Below are positions 48,769 through 62,504 of a DNA stretch of 64,000 nt, in pieces. Each line of letters opens with the position of its first letter. Within the stretch, counting starts at the first letter, position 1. The position numbers and the translations under genes were made by a program. Below the pieces are notes generated by a model. The model was not told the DNA's origin. It was given only the letters and a program-made list of their open reading frames with translations, and searched no databases. The stretch is from Sphyrna mokarran. Its lineage: Eukaryota. Location: assembly GCA_024679065.1 (NCBI GenBank), contig JAGIQG010000028.1:22816001-22880000 (forward strand), written 5' to 3'.

Positions 48769-49898
48769 GTGAGTAATAGTGTAACATCTTATACTTTGAA
48801 CTTCCCTATTAGAAAATGTTTTGTTTTTTGCAAATTTTTGTCCCTGCCTCTGTTCCTAAGGCGCTCACTGTTGCTGTGGTATTCCTAGTGTACAGTATGG
48901 TGGTGGAGCGGGAATTAATCCTTTCTTTACAGCTATCCAGAATTTGAGATTTTAAGATTATGGCTCCAGTCCTGCAGTTCAGTGCTGTGTCTGCACCTTG
49001 TTGTAGCCTCTAAGTCCATTGGTATGGAATGAAGGGACCGTCCCTTTCTACTTGTTCAGATCAGACATTAATAGATTTTGACCTATTATTTCAGGTTCTC
49101 TGAGCCACGAGAGCTGCCATGCAACTTTCTCATACCTGTCTGTAACCATTCACTGGGCGCATAGTGAAAGATAATTTGCCCTTCGTCCCAGATGTGATCT
49201 TCTCTGGTTATGATCAGAATGCAGCATATAAGAAATTACAAGCAACCCTATTTCATGGTACAGTGCTGTGGGACTTGGGTGCTGTGGTATTAGGCTCACG
49301 TGTGTTTGTTTTTTTTAATACTCATTGCATCGATGAAGCCCTGCCATTGTGATTGCCTCAGCTGAATAACCCAATTATTATTGTGCTGAATTTGCGATGA
49401 TAATTTTATTTTGAAATTAGCAATTTAGCCTGAGGGCATCAAAAGAAGGAATATACAGTCCAGCAATAAACTTTGTCATTAGTTTTTACAAGTCAGTTGA
49501 AAACTTGGGTCACCTTGCAATCAGAACCAAGTGGCAACCCCAGCAATTGGCAACCACGTAATAAATAACTTCTAATAGATTTCCTCCACAGTCAGGAGCA
49601 TTGGAAAGAACAGAAGTAGGACATTCAACTCCTTGTCTGTTCTGTGTTTCCACTAAATCAGAGGTGGCCTGCATCACAACACCATTTACTTGCTTGCAGG
49701 AGAAATGTGAAAGAAGAGCTATATTATAATTTGGATATAAAGCTCTGTTCAACAAAAAAGTATTCTGTAACTGTATGAATATACCCACTGTTTACTAATA
49801 ATCTAATATCTCATAAAAGGCTAGTTAATCATCTCTTATGCACAGCTTTCTTGTACCCTGTGCTCATTTATTCCATTGTTTCTCAAATTATATTCTAG

Positions 49899-50009
49899 GA
49901 GCTGTCCAACGATCAGAAGTCTCCTCCTTGGTTCCTGTATTTCAGTTGTGCTGAGGAACTGCAACGTTTTCTTGCTGCATTGAATGGTGCTTGGAGGAAG
50001 GTCTACCAG
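49899..50009 (+). CDS. PLEKHM2: PLEKHM2 exon 19
   Basis: ELSNDQKSPPWFLYFSCAEELQRFLAALNGAWRKVYQ; AG/GTGAGC. Confidence 0.95.
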
Positions 50010-50629
50010 GTGAGCTGGAAGTGTGCAAAATATTTAACCTATTTGCAACAGTAGTGAGCAACATTCCACCTGTCATAGCACATCTCTTACAGAGAGAATC
50101 ACTCCTTGCTCTTTATAGGGTCACCAAGTTTTAAACGATCCGGCAGAAGGAACTCCCCTGATGACACAGTCTAGTCATGAGCAGTAAAAACAGGGAAAGT
50201 CTCCAATTCAGTGCTGCATGGAGTTGGTGGCTGATCTCAACTGTAATTATTTAATTTGATTTATTTGATCACTATCACATGTACAGTGAAAATTATTGTT
50301 TCCTGTGCTGTATACAAAACAAAACATCCCATTCATAGAGTACATAGGGTGCAGAATGTAGTGTTATGGTCATAGATATGGTGTAGAAAAAGAATGTGGC
50401 ACTTTATTTGGCCTCAAATGCTGCCCCCCTCCGCCAGCCCCCACCCACTCACCCAGCACAACTGACGGGGTTTGAGCTGAGAAATAGTTGGCCTGGTTCC
50501 TGATTGTTCTTCAAATACCTCCAGCTGTAAAGGTGCATTTGTAGGGCCATCAGATGAAGTTTAGTCTTGGTATGTTGCTTGCTTTTATTCTCAGTGTTTC
50601 TGTGTTCTGATTTGTGCTGACTTTTTCAG

Positions 50630-50767
50630 GTGGATCTACCTCGGAAAGCACTTCAGGATCCCTCCATTCTGAAGAAATGTGATGATGCGGTCCTGCTTAT
50701 TCGGACCGCTTGGCAGCGAAGCGATAGTTTATCCCGAGGACGTGCTGAGCGTGATCCATGGTGTTGA
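50630..50767 (+). CDS. PLEKHM2: PLEKHM2 exon 20 (last coding exon, TGA stop)
   Basis: VDLPRKALQDPSILKKCDDAVLLIRTAWQRSDSLSRGRAERDPWC*; matches the recalled human C-terminus AWQRSDSLCRGRASRDPWC. Confidence 0.96.
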   Translation: MDLPRKALQDPSILKKCDDAVLLIRTAWQRSDSLSRGRAERDPWC

Positions 50768-53700
50768 ACGCCTTGGAATCCTGGTCGTTTGGTGCGAAAA
50801 TACTACAGGCATCTCTCGCTCACTTCTAAGATTCCCGATGTTGTATCTGACTGAATGCAAAATGATACTGGAGACATGGAGAGGAATGCAGGAGATGTGA
50901 AGAAAATGGTACAAATTCAAACATGCAAACTCACAAGTTTTTGGAAATGCCTCAACAATGTCATTTCTGGAAGTGGTGGAGAGGAGAGAAACAGAAGAGA
51001 TCTTGAATGAAAAACCATAGCAAATGTGCTTCCGCGCTTCAGATTGTGAAACAACTTCATTCTCAATGAATCGTCTGGCTTCCCTAAGAAGTATTCAGTG
51101 ACTATCCCATCTCTGAAAGCTTGTGGTCTAACTGCATGAGTGTCTCCTGCTGTATGAGTTCTTATAAAGAGCCTATTGAGCAAAATTAACTACCCTCTTG
51201 AGTGAGGTACATCTACTAGTCTACAAGGGCGCGTGAGAAACACTTCAGTCCGATTCACTGCCTTTAGTTGCTGGGTGAGCCATCCTGTACTTCTAATATG
51301 GAGCAAAGTAACTTTTTCAACGTCATTATATCCAAGCCTCGGAACAGCTGCCGTGAGCTTCCATTGTCACATCTGTATCTGAACAAATTGGGGATTTTTT
51401 TCCTTAACATCCTTGTGGTCCTGATGTCAGTGACTAAAAAAAATGGGTTTCATCAACTGATAAAGGCCATCTGCATCAGGCCTTTCCAAAACTTTAAGAA
51501 GTCATTTTTATAGACCGAATGCTTTTAATAATAGTTATACTATTTAGATCTGACTGCACACCAGTCACTTTTCAATGGCACCCCTCAATGTTAAATCTGT
51601 AAATAAGTTTGGATAATGTGCTCCCTGAGGTTAGTGTTCATAACAGCTCAGATTATGTTCTTCTTGCTAGTAAATGGCAATCTTGCACAAGATAGTTTTC
51701 ATGTTAATGGGAATTCCAGTCCTGTCCAGATCTGTGGGAAAAAGAAACCTCCTGCATCCTCTCCTTTAACTCTAAGCTGTAATTGATGCTGTTTAAATGA
51801 AAGTCTACCATGGCAAATTGGATTGCGATGCATCAGCTTCAGACCGACAACCTTTTTACTCCACAGTTAACTAAACAGAGTTGAATTTTCCTAGTATGTA
51901 ATCTGAAGAGTTGTATATAAGAAATATCGGAAAGGATTGTTGACCCTGACTCAAAAGTAGCTGCTGTTGTTTGTTGGTCCTCTCATAAATGCCAAGTTTT
52001 CTCCAGCAAGCTCTTGAATATTTTCCTAAACAGTTCAGTAAGCTGAAGTGGCAGCTTCCAATCTGGAAGCAGTTCCATTGCTGAGATTGTAGTATTGTAA
52101 TAGTGTGTAAATGACAACAACGTGCAATACCATTTACTTTTGCAGGACAGTGATCTTTACAGCAGCATGTCCGGAGGCCTATAGGCAGAGGCAGCAGCTA
52201 CTGTGCCGTGAACCCATATGGGCCAAAAGATCCGGGCCTGTACTGACCTAGCAAATTTGTTCTGTTATCTATGTAGTGTAACTATATAAAGCTTTCATAT
52301 TCTTTTGGGCTAGGTGCTATGAATACATTCGTACATAATATCTCAATGTTACATTAGCTTTTTGTAGCCTACTTCTGACAGCTTATGTGAATGGAGCAAT
52401 CACTGTGGGCACTGTCTTCATTTTTCCTCTTGCAATTCGTAGTTCCTGAATTCTGGAGAAATATGGTGAATGTTCTGTCTGTCAGGGAAGTTTGCAGTTT
52501 GGACAGTTAATAGTTTTGCAGTGTAATAGAAACTCACTTCTGTCTGTTAGCTTGCTAATCATGTACAGTCTTCTGCCTGAGTTGTATACCTGTTCTGTAA
52601 TTCAGGACTATGTTTCAGTCCCCCCCAGTGACGGAAGCTGATCAAGCTTAAACTCAAATTGGATCACCCAAAGCTGACACCCATGGAGCCAGCATCTTTC
52701 ATGGTCTTTATCACAGCAATAATCATTGCTCCGTATCCCAGCATGGTTCATGCCCTCAGACTTTGTATCTTCATATAAGCAGCTTCAGGATAGAAAGGTA
52801 GGGAGTAAACAAATTCCTCTAACCAAACTCTATCTCACCTTCCCTTTCCCTCCACATTTAAAGAATGGCAACCCTTCTGAAGATAATTGAGAAATAGTTA
52901 ATTCTTATAATCATTTTTGTAGAACTGTTCCAACTTGATTGGTGTATTGAAAGGTCACATGATTAAATTCTGATTAGCCAAGATCAAATTGCAGAACCTG
53001 TATTCCCGTTGATTTCTGCATGTTAAAAAGAGTTGGATTTAGTTATGGGAGAGTGAGATAAGGGAGCAAGATGCAAAGAGAATATTTATATCAGCAGAAA
53101 TCCTAAGCAGTGCATAGTGCTAGGTTTTATATATAAATATATAATCTCAGTTATTTAAAATACAAACATTTCAATCAATATGCATGAACATATGAAATGG
53201 TTGTTAGAGGAGAATGTTCCGGATTGTGAGATGGAGAGTCTTTTCTAGATGGACAAGTAGGTTAGTTTGACCTTCCTCGATACCCATTTGTTTATGGGTA
53301 AAGCCTTTTAATACATCACCTTCATTTATTTGGCTGCTGGTACTTCACCCCAGCCTTGTATTAGTCAGAGCACTTTCTCAAGGCTCTCCCCAGATCTGGA
53401 ACAGCAGAATGTAAGTTTCACAGTACAAACCACATCACCAATCTTAACACTTCACTGATGTACTGCTGCAAATTGGGGTGAACTGGATTTGTCCATAGTC
53501 AAAGGAAACAGTTGATGGTACATGAGGAACAAAGCTGTACCCTATCTGGACAGCTGTTGAACTGTGGAGTGTACTCTTTCCTTTTGATGCTATGTTTCCA
53601 TTTATAACAGCCAAATAGTGTCGTACAGTTACAGCAAATGGGTGAGAAGAGTAACAGACCTAATGCATCTGAATAGTAAAAGCATTAAGACTTTGGTAAC

Positions 53701-54564
53701 TGTTCCACAAAGGAACTGAGTTAACATTGGACTGTCAGTTTCCAGAAGACTATGGGTGCAGAAATATTGCAACCAAAACAGAAAATGCTGGAAAATAACA
53801 GACCTGCTGAGATTTTCTAGTAGTTTCTTTTATTGTTTTGGATTCCAGCATTTTTTTTTACAGAAGTATTGCAACATTCCTGTGAGTGCCTGATCTGGGT
53901 AATAAATGTGTGCTTCACTTAGGCAGTTTAATATATTGACCTGTTTTAAAAAGCCCTGGATGGGCCATTACTTTGTAAAACCCTAATGTTAGTCTGCAGC
54001 TGTAAATGCTACATCTGGCAGCAACAATAATCTCTCTGAAGCTGATGCCTTTCACAAACAAATGGGAATTTAAATACTTTCAGTTCATTTTGTACTTATC
54101 AAAATGAAGGGCATTGATGCTTTTTTTTTGTGAATGGGATTCTGATACAGAATTTGTGATCATTTTAGCAAACACTTTTTTGGGTTTTCTTACAACAAGA
54201 CTCCCTCTGAGGTATCTGTGCAGGGATTTGTTTTTAAATTTTTGATTTTTCTTCTGGCAGTGGGATATTGTTCAGAGGTGAATGCCAGACTTCATCTATT
54301 TGTGACTTTCAGATGGGAAGGATCCCAGATTCAATCCCTAGCTCCTACTCGGATGGTTGATCTCTGGGATAGCAGTAAGGCTGCTAGAGTTTGCTTCAGT
54401 GTCATCGAATTGAAGGTAAATCCACTGAAGTCTAAGCCCCTGTCTAGCACTGGAAAATAATGTGTGTGGATCTTAGAGAATCTGGCTTGGCTGTAATCCA
54501 GTAATGATCACTGTCTTGTCTGCCAGCAATAAGCAGTGCGCTGATGTAATTAGACCAGAAATGG

Positions 54565-54773
54565 GTAGTCTGTGCGGACCTTGCAAGTTCTCCCCGTGTC
54601 TGTGTGGGTTTCCTCCCACGGTCCAAAAGACATGCTGGTTAGATGCATTGGCCATACTAAATTCTTCCTCAGTACTGAACAGGTGCTGGAATATGGCAAC
54701 TAAAGGAATTTCACAGTAATTTCTCTTGCAGTATAAACGTAAGCCTACTTGTGACACTAATAAATAAACTTTA
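54565..54773 (+). mobile_element. HE1-like V-SINE, tail B (5'-truncated), in the putative 3' UTR
   Basis: V-domain plus tail B ending CTAATAAATAAACTTTAA. Confidence 0.8.
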
Positions 54774-54964
54774 ACATTGCCCAGAGAATCAGAATCAGTA
54801 ACTAACTGATCAATGCTGGCCCTCAGAACTGTGCCTAGCAATACATTATGTTGGCCCTCGGAATTACACCCAACACTAAGTCAACGTAGCATCATGACGC
54901 TGTATCCAGTGGACCGCACACCTGCATCCTTTGGAAAAGTGCAATAGCCTTCAATAAGCTTGAT

Positions 54965-55360
54965 CCAGTGGTGGTATTCTAACTCTCGAGTTAGCTTGTG
55001 AGTTTAAGCCTTATCCCAGGACCTGATAGAAAAACCTTCCTCTGATGTGACACTCAGTACAGGGGGTTACTGCATTTATGGTCTTTCAGATGAGATGTTG
55101 AGTCACCACTCCATATCCCTGATTTTTAAAGGAAAACAGCAGTTGTTTTTAATGAGTAATGCTTGTTGTTAAACAACACTATCAAGACCAATTTAGCTAG
55201 TGATGTATTCCCTTGCTGTTTGTGTGAGCTTGCTATGTGTACATTGGCTGCTGTTTATGCCTACATAACACTAACTATACTTCAAAAAGTTCTTTGGCCA
55301 GGAAGCATGTCAGGACATCCTAAATTTAAAGACATACATACAAGAACTTCTTTCCTTTCA
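54965..55360 (+). mobile_element. Old DeuSINE-like (SacSINE1-like) element
   Basis: GTCTTTCAGATGAGATGTT resembles the Deu domain as recalled; tail CTATACTTCAAAA...GGACATCCT is shared with a fragment at about 30760-30970. Confidence 0.5.
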
Positions 55361-57604
55361 TAGGAAGGTGAAAGATTAGAAGATTTAAATGGAAGGGAGA
55401 AAGGTTATAATGTGAAGATTCCTGAATAAGAAACACTAATATCCTATTATACTCATAATTCATATATTGGACCTCATAATAAAAGTCTACAATTATTTTA
55501 GATTTTAAAAGGGATTTTGGATCATGGGTTCATCAGATCCGGGGCCGGTTTGCAATCCCACATATCTGAAATGTGGTTAGGATGTTGGTGAGCAAGGCTG
55601 TGAGTGTGACAGGGTGGAGACAGTCTCCAGGACATTGGGACTGGGTCAGATGGGAATAAAGGGTATAGTTTGTCATCTGTCCATAGATACCCAACTGCTA
55701 CCCATGGAATTACAGTATTTGAGTTTGTAGTGTATTTTGTTTGACAAGATTCATCATCTTCAAAAAAAATACGTGTACTACAGGGTGGCCGAGTCCTTGC
55801 CTTGAAGCCTTTATACTGTGGGGTGTCCTTTTTAATGTTGGTTATGATTTACAGTGTGTATATGAAGGATATTTGGTCCTTACTCATTTGTTACTGAACC
55901 CACTCATTGAGTGAAATGTGCAATCCAACTATCTCCTGATCTTTTTAATGAGATTCTAATTTTATTTACTTATAGAATTTATTGTAACTACGGTCTGGAG
56001 TTCAGAGATGCTCTGGTGCTAGAGATAGAAAATGCTATGTTGAATTAGTGTGGACTAAGTTCTGTTAAGTAAGGTGAATTATCAGTGCGTTAGTGCGGTT
56101 TTCATAAGTGTGCAAAAACGGTTGGCTAGTAATAAAATATTTCCAAGTGCTTTGTAAACAAAAAGATGTTATTTTCCTGTTGTAGGATGTGATGTTGTCA
56201 TATTCAACCATTTCTAATTGTGATCATATTGTGTAATTAATTCCTGTGATCCATTAGCAGGATAATTGTTGTCATTCTTGGTAATCCTAACTCTGCAGTA
56301 AGATCCGTGGCTAATTGCTCAATGTGAGGATCTTTTATTCTCTGCCTTGGATCAGGAGGGGATGTTTACAATCTTGCAGAGTTGGATCCAGACTGGCCTT
56401 ATACTTCTGTGGGAAAATATTTTGCCCATAATAGCCCATTATCCAGTTGTTGTGTGACTTGAGATATGCTGAAGTTAAAATCTGTACACCACCTGGTAAT
56501 GTACATGTGCAATCTTAAAAAGAAAGATACATTGCAAAACATTCAAGTGACTGCTACGTAATCTGCTTACAGCAAAAAAAAACTTACATTATAGAAAAGT
56601 TACTCGTATTTAATCAAAAACAACTATAGCCCTGCCTTGGATCCAATCTGTTATCTACTTTTAATTTAAATCACTTCCTAATACCGAACAATTCTAGATT
56701 GGCTGCATCTTTCAATATTGAGATCCTTACTGGTTTAGCTTGTAAAAAGCTAATTTTGAATTGCCCCCAAGTTTGAGCCCTCAATCTCAGTATGATTAGA
56801 AATATCATGTAGTTCTAGTGTGAAAATGTTGATCCAGTGTAGCAGCGAGACTGGGAAAGGCAGAGAAAGATTGATTAAAGTTGTGGTCAAGACTAATTCT
56901 TTTTTTCTCTCCAACTTTCTAGTTTTAAAGCCCCTATGGACCAATCAGACATCTTAAATTTCATTATTATAAATTTAAAAAACACATGTTCCTTCACCAT
57001 AACTCAGTTGCTCTGGTCATGATAAGTTAGTTTCAATTTCAATGAGAAAATATCAGCTGAATCTCACTGAATGGTGCAGGTAGATGCATGAAAATTGGTT
57101 CTGCTCCAACACACACACAATTGAACAAAATCTATGTGTATTTTACCTCTGGGTGTAAAGTGTTGTCTCCAGCTCTGGTCAAATAAAACTCACTTGGCTC
57201 AATCTTCCTGCTGCCAATCTACAGATGTTTACACCTTTTCACAGTAAGTTCATTGCAGTGTTAATGTAAGCCTACTTGTGACACAAATAAATAAGTTCAT
57301 GGTCTTTAGTATATTACTCAATGATAAAACAGAAATGGACTGGAAGAGACTGATGCTGATCATCTATTATATCACTAATATTGAATGTTACAACTTTCCA
57401 TTCTTATTTGAGGCATTAATAATACGACAAATCCTTAAGGAGACACTTCACTACTTGTACAATGCACTCTAACCTAATGGTGTGTATATTAATGTTGCAG
57501 CCTTTAGGAATCCCAGTACTAATGATGCTTATCGATGCACGTTTTGTGTTTATACAGTGTAAATGCAGTGGTTATTGTATATAATTTGTAAATAGAATGG
57601 AATT

Positions 57605-57610
57605 AATAAA
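57605..57610 (+). terminator. Candidate distal poly(A) signal of PLEKHM2
   Basis: AATAAA preceded by several TGTA motifs and followed by U/GU-rich sequence; it lies outside a repeat. Confidence 0.5.
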
Positions 57611-57678
57611 AGTATTGGTCTCCTTTTCCTTGGCTATATCATCAAAAGTATTTTAATTGTTCTGTTTTTGTAAAAAGA

Positions 57679-57935
57679 GGGCTAACTATATAGTATAGTG
57701 ATTAGCACTGTTGCTTCACATACCAGGAATCCAGGTTCAGTCTGCATGGAGTTTGCATGTTCTCCCTGTGTCTGCTTGGGTTTCCTCCAGGTTTTCCAGT
57801 TTCCACCCACATTCTGAAAGATGCGCTGGTTAGGAGCATTGACCTGAACGGATGCTGGACTGCGGCAACTAAAGGAATTTCACAGTAACTTCATTGTAAT
57901 GTTAATGTAAGCCTTACTTGTGACTAATAAACTTT
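57679..57935 (+). mobile_element. HE1-like V-SINE, tail B
   Basis: Head, V-domain and tail B. Confidence 0.8.
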
Positions 57936-58429
57936 TTAAAAAAGACTTTTATTTCCACGTGTTAGACATAGTGTACCAACAAATCAAATCTTTGGGAATA
58001 TTCTGGGTACCTTTCTGAAACCAGAGTTAGGCTACGTTTTGTTGCAGAATGTCACTCCATGCCAAGCATGTGTCCCAGCTATGATATCTATATTCACTCT
58101 TCAGGGTATAAACTGCTGCCTATGCCCATCCCTAATCTTTGGTATTTTTACAGTCTCCACAACTTCAACGTGCTATGTCAAACTGGATGGTCCAGTGAGT
58201 TAGAAGTTACCAATGGGCTTTGGAAGTGGATGTGCTGCCTTGAGAAGATGGTGTGCGTTTAAAGAATCCTATAACTGTAAAAGGAAGAAGACTGAAAATT
58301 CATAGAAATAATACCAGAAAGAACATTTGAAAATATGGGGCACAATTTTCAAGGATCTGTTTGAAAATTCAGATGTGAAGGATAGTAATGAAAAAGTGAA
58401 TAGGAAAGGCATATAGTTGTTGTCATTAC

Positions 58430-58659
58430 TAGTTCAGTTCCCAGTGTGGGTCACTGTCTGAGTTTGCACCCTCTCCTCATCTCTATGTGGGTTTCTTCCA
58501 GGTGATCAGGTTTCCTCCTACACTCCAAAGATGTGCTGGTTGGGTGCATTGGCCATGCTGAATTTCCACTCAGTGTACCTGAACAGGTGCCAACTAGGGG
58601 ATTTTCACAGCAACTTCACTGCAGAGTTAATGTAAGCCTACCTGTGAACACAAACTTTA
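58430..58659 (+). mobile_element. HE1-like V-SINE, tail B (5'-truncated)
   Basis: V-domain and tail B. Confidence 0.8.
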
Positions 58660-58664
58660 ATAGA

Positions 58665-58975
58665 TGAAGGATTGAGAGAGTGGATAAAGAATGAGAAAGT
58701 GAATAGCGATTGAGAGTGGGTAGAGGTGATATTGGATAAGGAATGAGAGAGTGAGCAGAGTTGACAGTGGATAAGTGTTGAGAAAGTGGGTAAGAAATGA
58801 AAGTGGGTAAAATTAGAAGTGCATAAGGAGTGAGAGAGGGAATAGAGGTTGAGAGTGGATAGAATAGGGAATGAAAGAGTGGGTAGGGATTGAGAGAAGG
58901 GTATAAGAATGAGTGTGTGAATAAATATTAAGAGTGGATAGGGTAGAGAGTGGCTGGGAGTGGATACAGTGAGTG
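58665..58975 (+). repeat. Purine-rich degenerate minisatellite (GAGAGTGGRTA-like unit)
   Basis: About 300 nt that is very C-poor, with recurrent GAGAGTGGATA/GAGTGGGTA. Confidence 0.7.
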
Positions 58976-59053
58976 GCACGGTGCCACTCCGCTTTTCCAT
59001 TGGTGATAGTGTTGGGGGTGTGAGTGCTCTGGGCGTTACTGGCTGCTGATTGA

Positions 59054-59587
<534 letters not shown>

Positions 59588-59638
59588 TAGTGTCAGATCC
59601 GGTGGTTTGTGTTGTGACACCTGCTCCTGTTTCCCTTC

Positions 59639-59641
<3 letters not shown>

Positions 59642-59669
<28 letters not shown>
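59642..59669. repeat. (TG)14 microsatellite
   Basis: Perfect dinucleotide run 60 nt downstream of the SLC25A34 exon 1 donor. Confidence 0.95.
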
Positions 59670-60224
59670 GCTGAGACAGGGTCACTGACCTGAATCCCTA
59701 AACTCCACTGGTGGAAACCTTCCAGCACTTTCTGCTTTTGTTTCAAACCTTCAACCTCTGCTGTATCTTTCTGTAAACTGGGCAATCTGCCCAATTATTC
59801 TTGGACAGAGTGGTAGAGAGGCTAATACTGCTTGTTAATGCAGCAACACTACTCCCTAATCTAAGTCAATAGCCAGTGGATCAAATCCGCCCGCCCCCCT
59901 TTTTTTTGCATGGTGCTGAGTTCCCAGGATTATTAAAATCAAAATCCTTTGGATGCTGGAATCTAGTCCAGAAGTAGGATTGTCTTCCATGTATGGAGAC
60001 CCTGAATTGGATTCAATTGGATTTTGAATTTTGGTTTTTAGAGCAAGCAAGGAATGGATTTGGAATTACAGAAATAAAAGATGCTGGAAAATCTCAACAG
60101 GTCTGACAGCATCTGTGGAGAGCGAGTAGAGCCAATGTTTCTGGATGACAGAGAGAAGTTGGATTTAGGCTTGCCTGGTCCAATCTGAGCATTGCCTTTG
60201 TAACATTAAGAATGGGGTTTAAAA

Positions 60225-60517
60225 AAAAGGGTCATAGTTTGAGGATAGGGGTTAAACGTTTTAGGACTGAGCTGCGGAGAAATTTCTTCACCCAGAGAGT
60301 GGTCAATGTACGGAATTCACTCCCACAGAAAATAGTTGAGGCCAAAACGTTGTGTGATTTCAAGAAGAAATGAGAGGTAGTAATTGGGGCTAAAGGGATT
60401 AAAAAGAGGGTGGATCAGGATATTGAATTTAATGATCAGCCATGATCAAAATGAATGGCAGAACAGGCTTGCAAGGCCAGAGGGCCTATTCCTGCTTCTA
60501 TTTTCTATATGTCTATG
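60225..60517 (+). mobile_element. CR1-type LINE 3' end
   Basis: GAAATTTCTTCACCCAGAGAGTGG (NFFTQRV) and the CR1 tail GAATGGCAGAACAGGC...CCTGCTTCTATTTTCTAT. Confidence 0.85.
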
Positions 60518-61738
60518 AAACAAGGAAAGAAAATGCTGGAAAATCTCAGCGGGTCTGACAGCATCTGTAGAGAGAAAACGTTTTGAGTCAGGATTGGGTC
60601 ATCTTGACTCCAAATATTGGGAATAATCTCTCTCCACAGATTTATTCTCCCCGCATAGGGCGAGACGTAAAACAAAAGGTCTTGTTTTAAAACCAGCTTT
60701 GGCCACAGTGGGATTGGATGGCGATTGTTGGGGTGAAATCGAATTGATATTCACTTAGCTTGTTGGGGATGTCGCCTGATAAAGAAACTGAATCAAAACT
60801 GCATTGTTGATGTAAGCAGAATCCATATCAAAGCCCGCAGTGATCTTCACACTGCAGCCCTATTCAGCTGTTTAAACAACTATTATCACTTACTTGAACT
60901 TTGCTTTATTAATACATTTCTTTGCAGTTGACCCGCTGGGTGATAATTTTGTGCAGTTTGCCGTTATGAACTGTGATTTGTTGATATTATCTGAGTTGGG
61001 ACACGTTAGAAACACGCCCTCCCATATCATTTAACCTGGACTTCCACCGGTAAAGGAACCTTTGAAACGACAGCGTGCCTTGCTGTTTAATCTGTAATTA
61101 TTTTACTCATGTAATGGGGAGATCTGGGGCATGGAAGGGGGGGGGGTCAAGGATGGCGAGCAATTTCACACCATCATCTTATGATCTCGGAAAACAAAAA
61201 TACCAAAATGTTTGTGAACCTCATAACTCCAAACTGACCTCCCAAAGTTCCACCCCAAATCCTCCAACACACTGATGTCAAACCCCACATCTTCCTTTCC
61301 GATTTACCAACACTCTGCCATCTCTCCCTCATTCCCCAATCCTTTACTCTTCCATTCTGAGCCACCAGCTATCTGGACCATCTCTGCCAGCAACATTCCT
61401 GCTTTGAAAAGCCTGCAATTTATCACCACACTTCACTTAGTGAGGTCCCAATTCGCATTCTAATCTGCTGTTTTGCTAATTAAATACCTTGGGGCACTTT
61501 GCTTTGTTATTCTGTGTTAGTTGGACCAGTGGAAAATATTTGATTCCTATTGTCATATGCCAAGCACCGATGAACAATTCAGTTCATTTGAAGGGTGCTA
61601 GTTTGACCACGGACCCGGAGGAAACAGAGAAGATACACTTCCCTCTGTAGCTTTGTTCTATTTTGGGTAAACGTAATCAGCTTTATGATGCACTAAGTTT
61701 TTGAAGTGACTATTCTCTTGAAATTGTTCTAATACAGT

Positions 61739-62028
61739 AAAGTTTATTTATTAGTCACAAGTAGGCTTACATTGCGCTGCAATGAAGTTACTGTGAAAAT
61801 CTCGTAATTGCCACACTCTGGTGCCTGTTCGGATACACTGAAGGAGAATTTAGCACCTAACCGGCACGTCTTTCGGACTGTGGGAGGAAACCGGAGCACC
61901 CGCAGGAAACCCATGCAGACACGGAGAGAACATGCAACCTTTGCACAGACACTGACCCAAGCTGGGAATCGAGCCTGGGTCCCTGGCGCTGCGAGGCAGC
62001 AGTGCAAACCACTGTGACACTGTGCTGC
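61739..62028 (-). mobile_element. HE1-like V-SINE, tail B (relatively young, CpG-retaining)
   Basis: Near-consensus reverse complement. Confidence 0.9.
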
Positions 62029-62504
62029 TCTGTTCCTCTGCATTGAGGATCCCAGGAGAAGGTTCAGTTGCTTTAATTCACAATCATATACAGTGCCCTT
62101 GTACCGCAGAGCTGGCTAAATTTATTTGCCTTGTTTCAGCAACTCCTAAAAAATCTCTCTCCTCATTTGCTGCTTCCTGTTTTGCCCTCGTTATATTCTT
62201 GCTGATCTTGCTCAGTTTCTCTCTCTTGGTCCTGCATCTGTGTTTGAGAGCTGCAGGAATAGATACAGTTGAGTGGGAGAGATGACATTAAGTGAAAGAT
62301 TTTGGTTTTAAGGCTGGGCTTTACATTTGATGATTGGCAGAAGATAGGAAGGTTTTGTTTATTCAGACTAGACTGAGAAGGACTGTTATACTTAAGAAAC
62401 AAGAGGATATTGTATCATTAATTACCTGCTTCATTTGTATCAGTGTAGCTCTTTGTTCAATTAAATAAAAATTGACATCCCCAGCAGTGGTGGATGGTGC
62501 AATA

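Noticed and set aside
58638-59000. 120-aa Ser/His/Leu-rich minus-strand ORF
   Set aside because: Translation of the pyrimidine-rich strand of a degenerate minisatellite.
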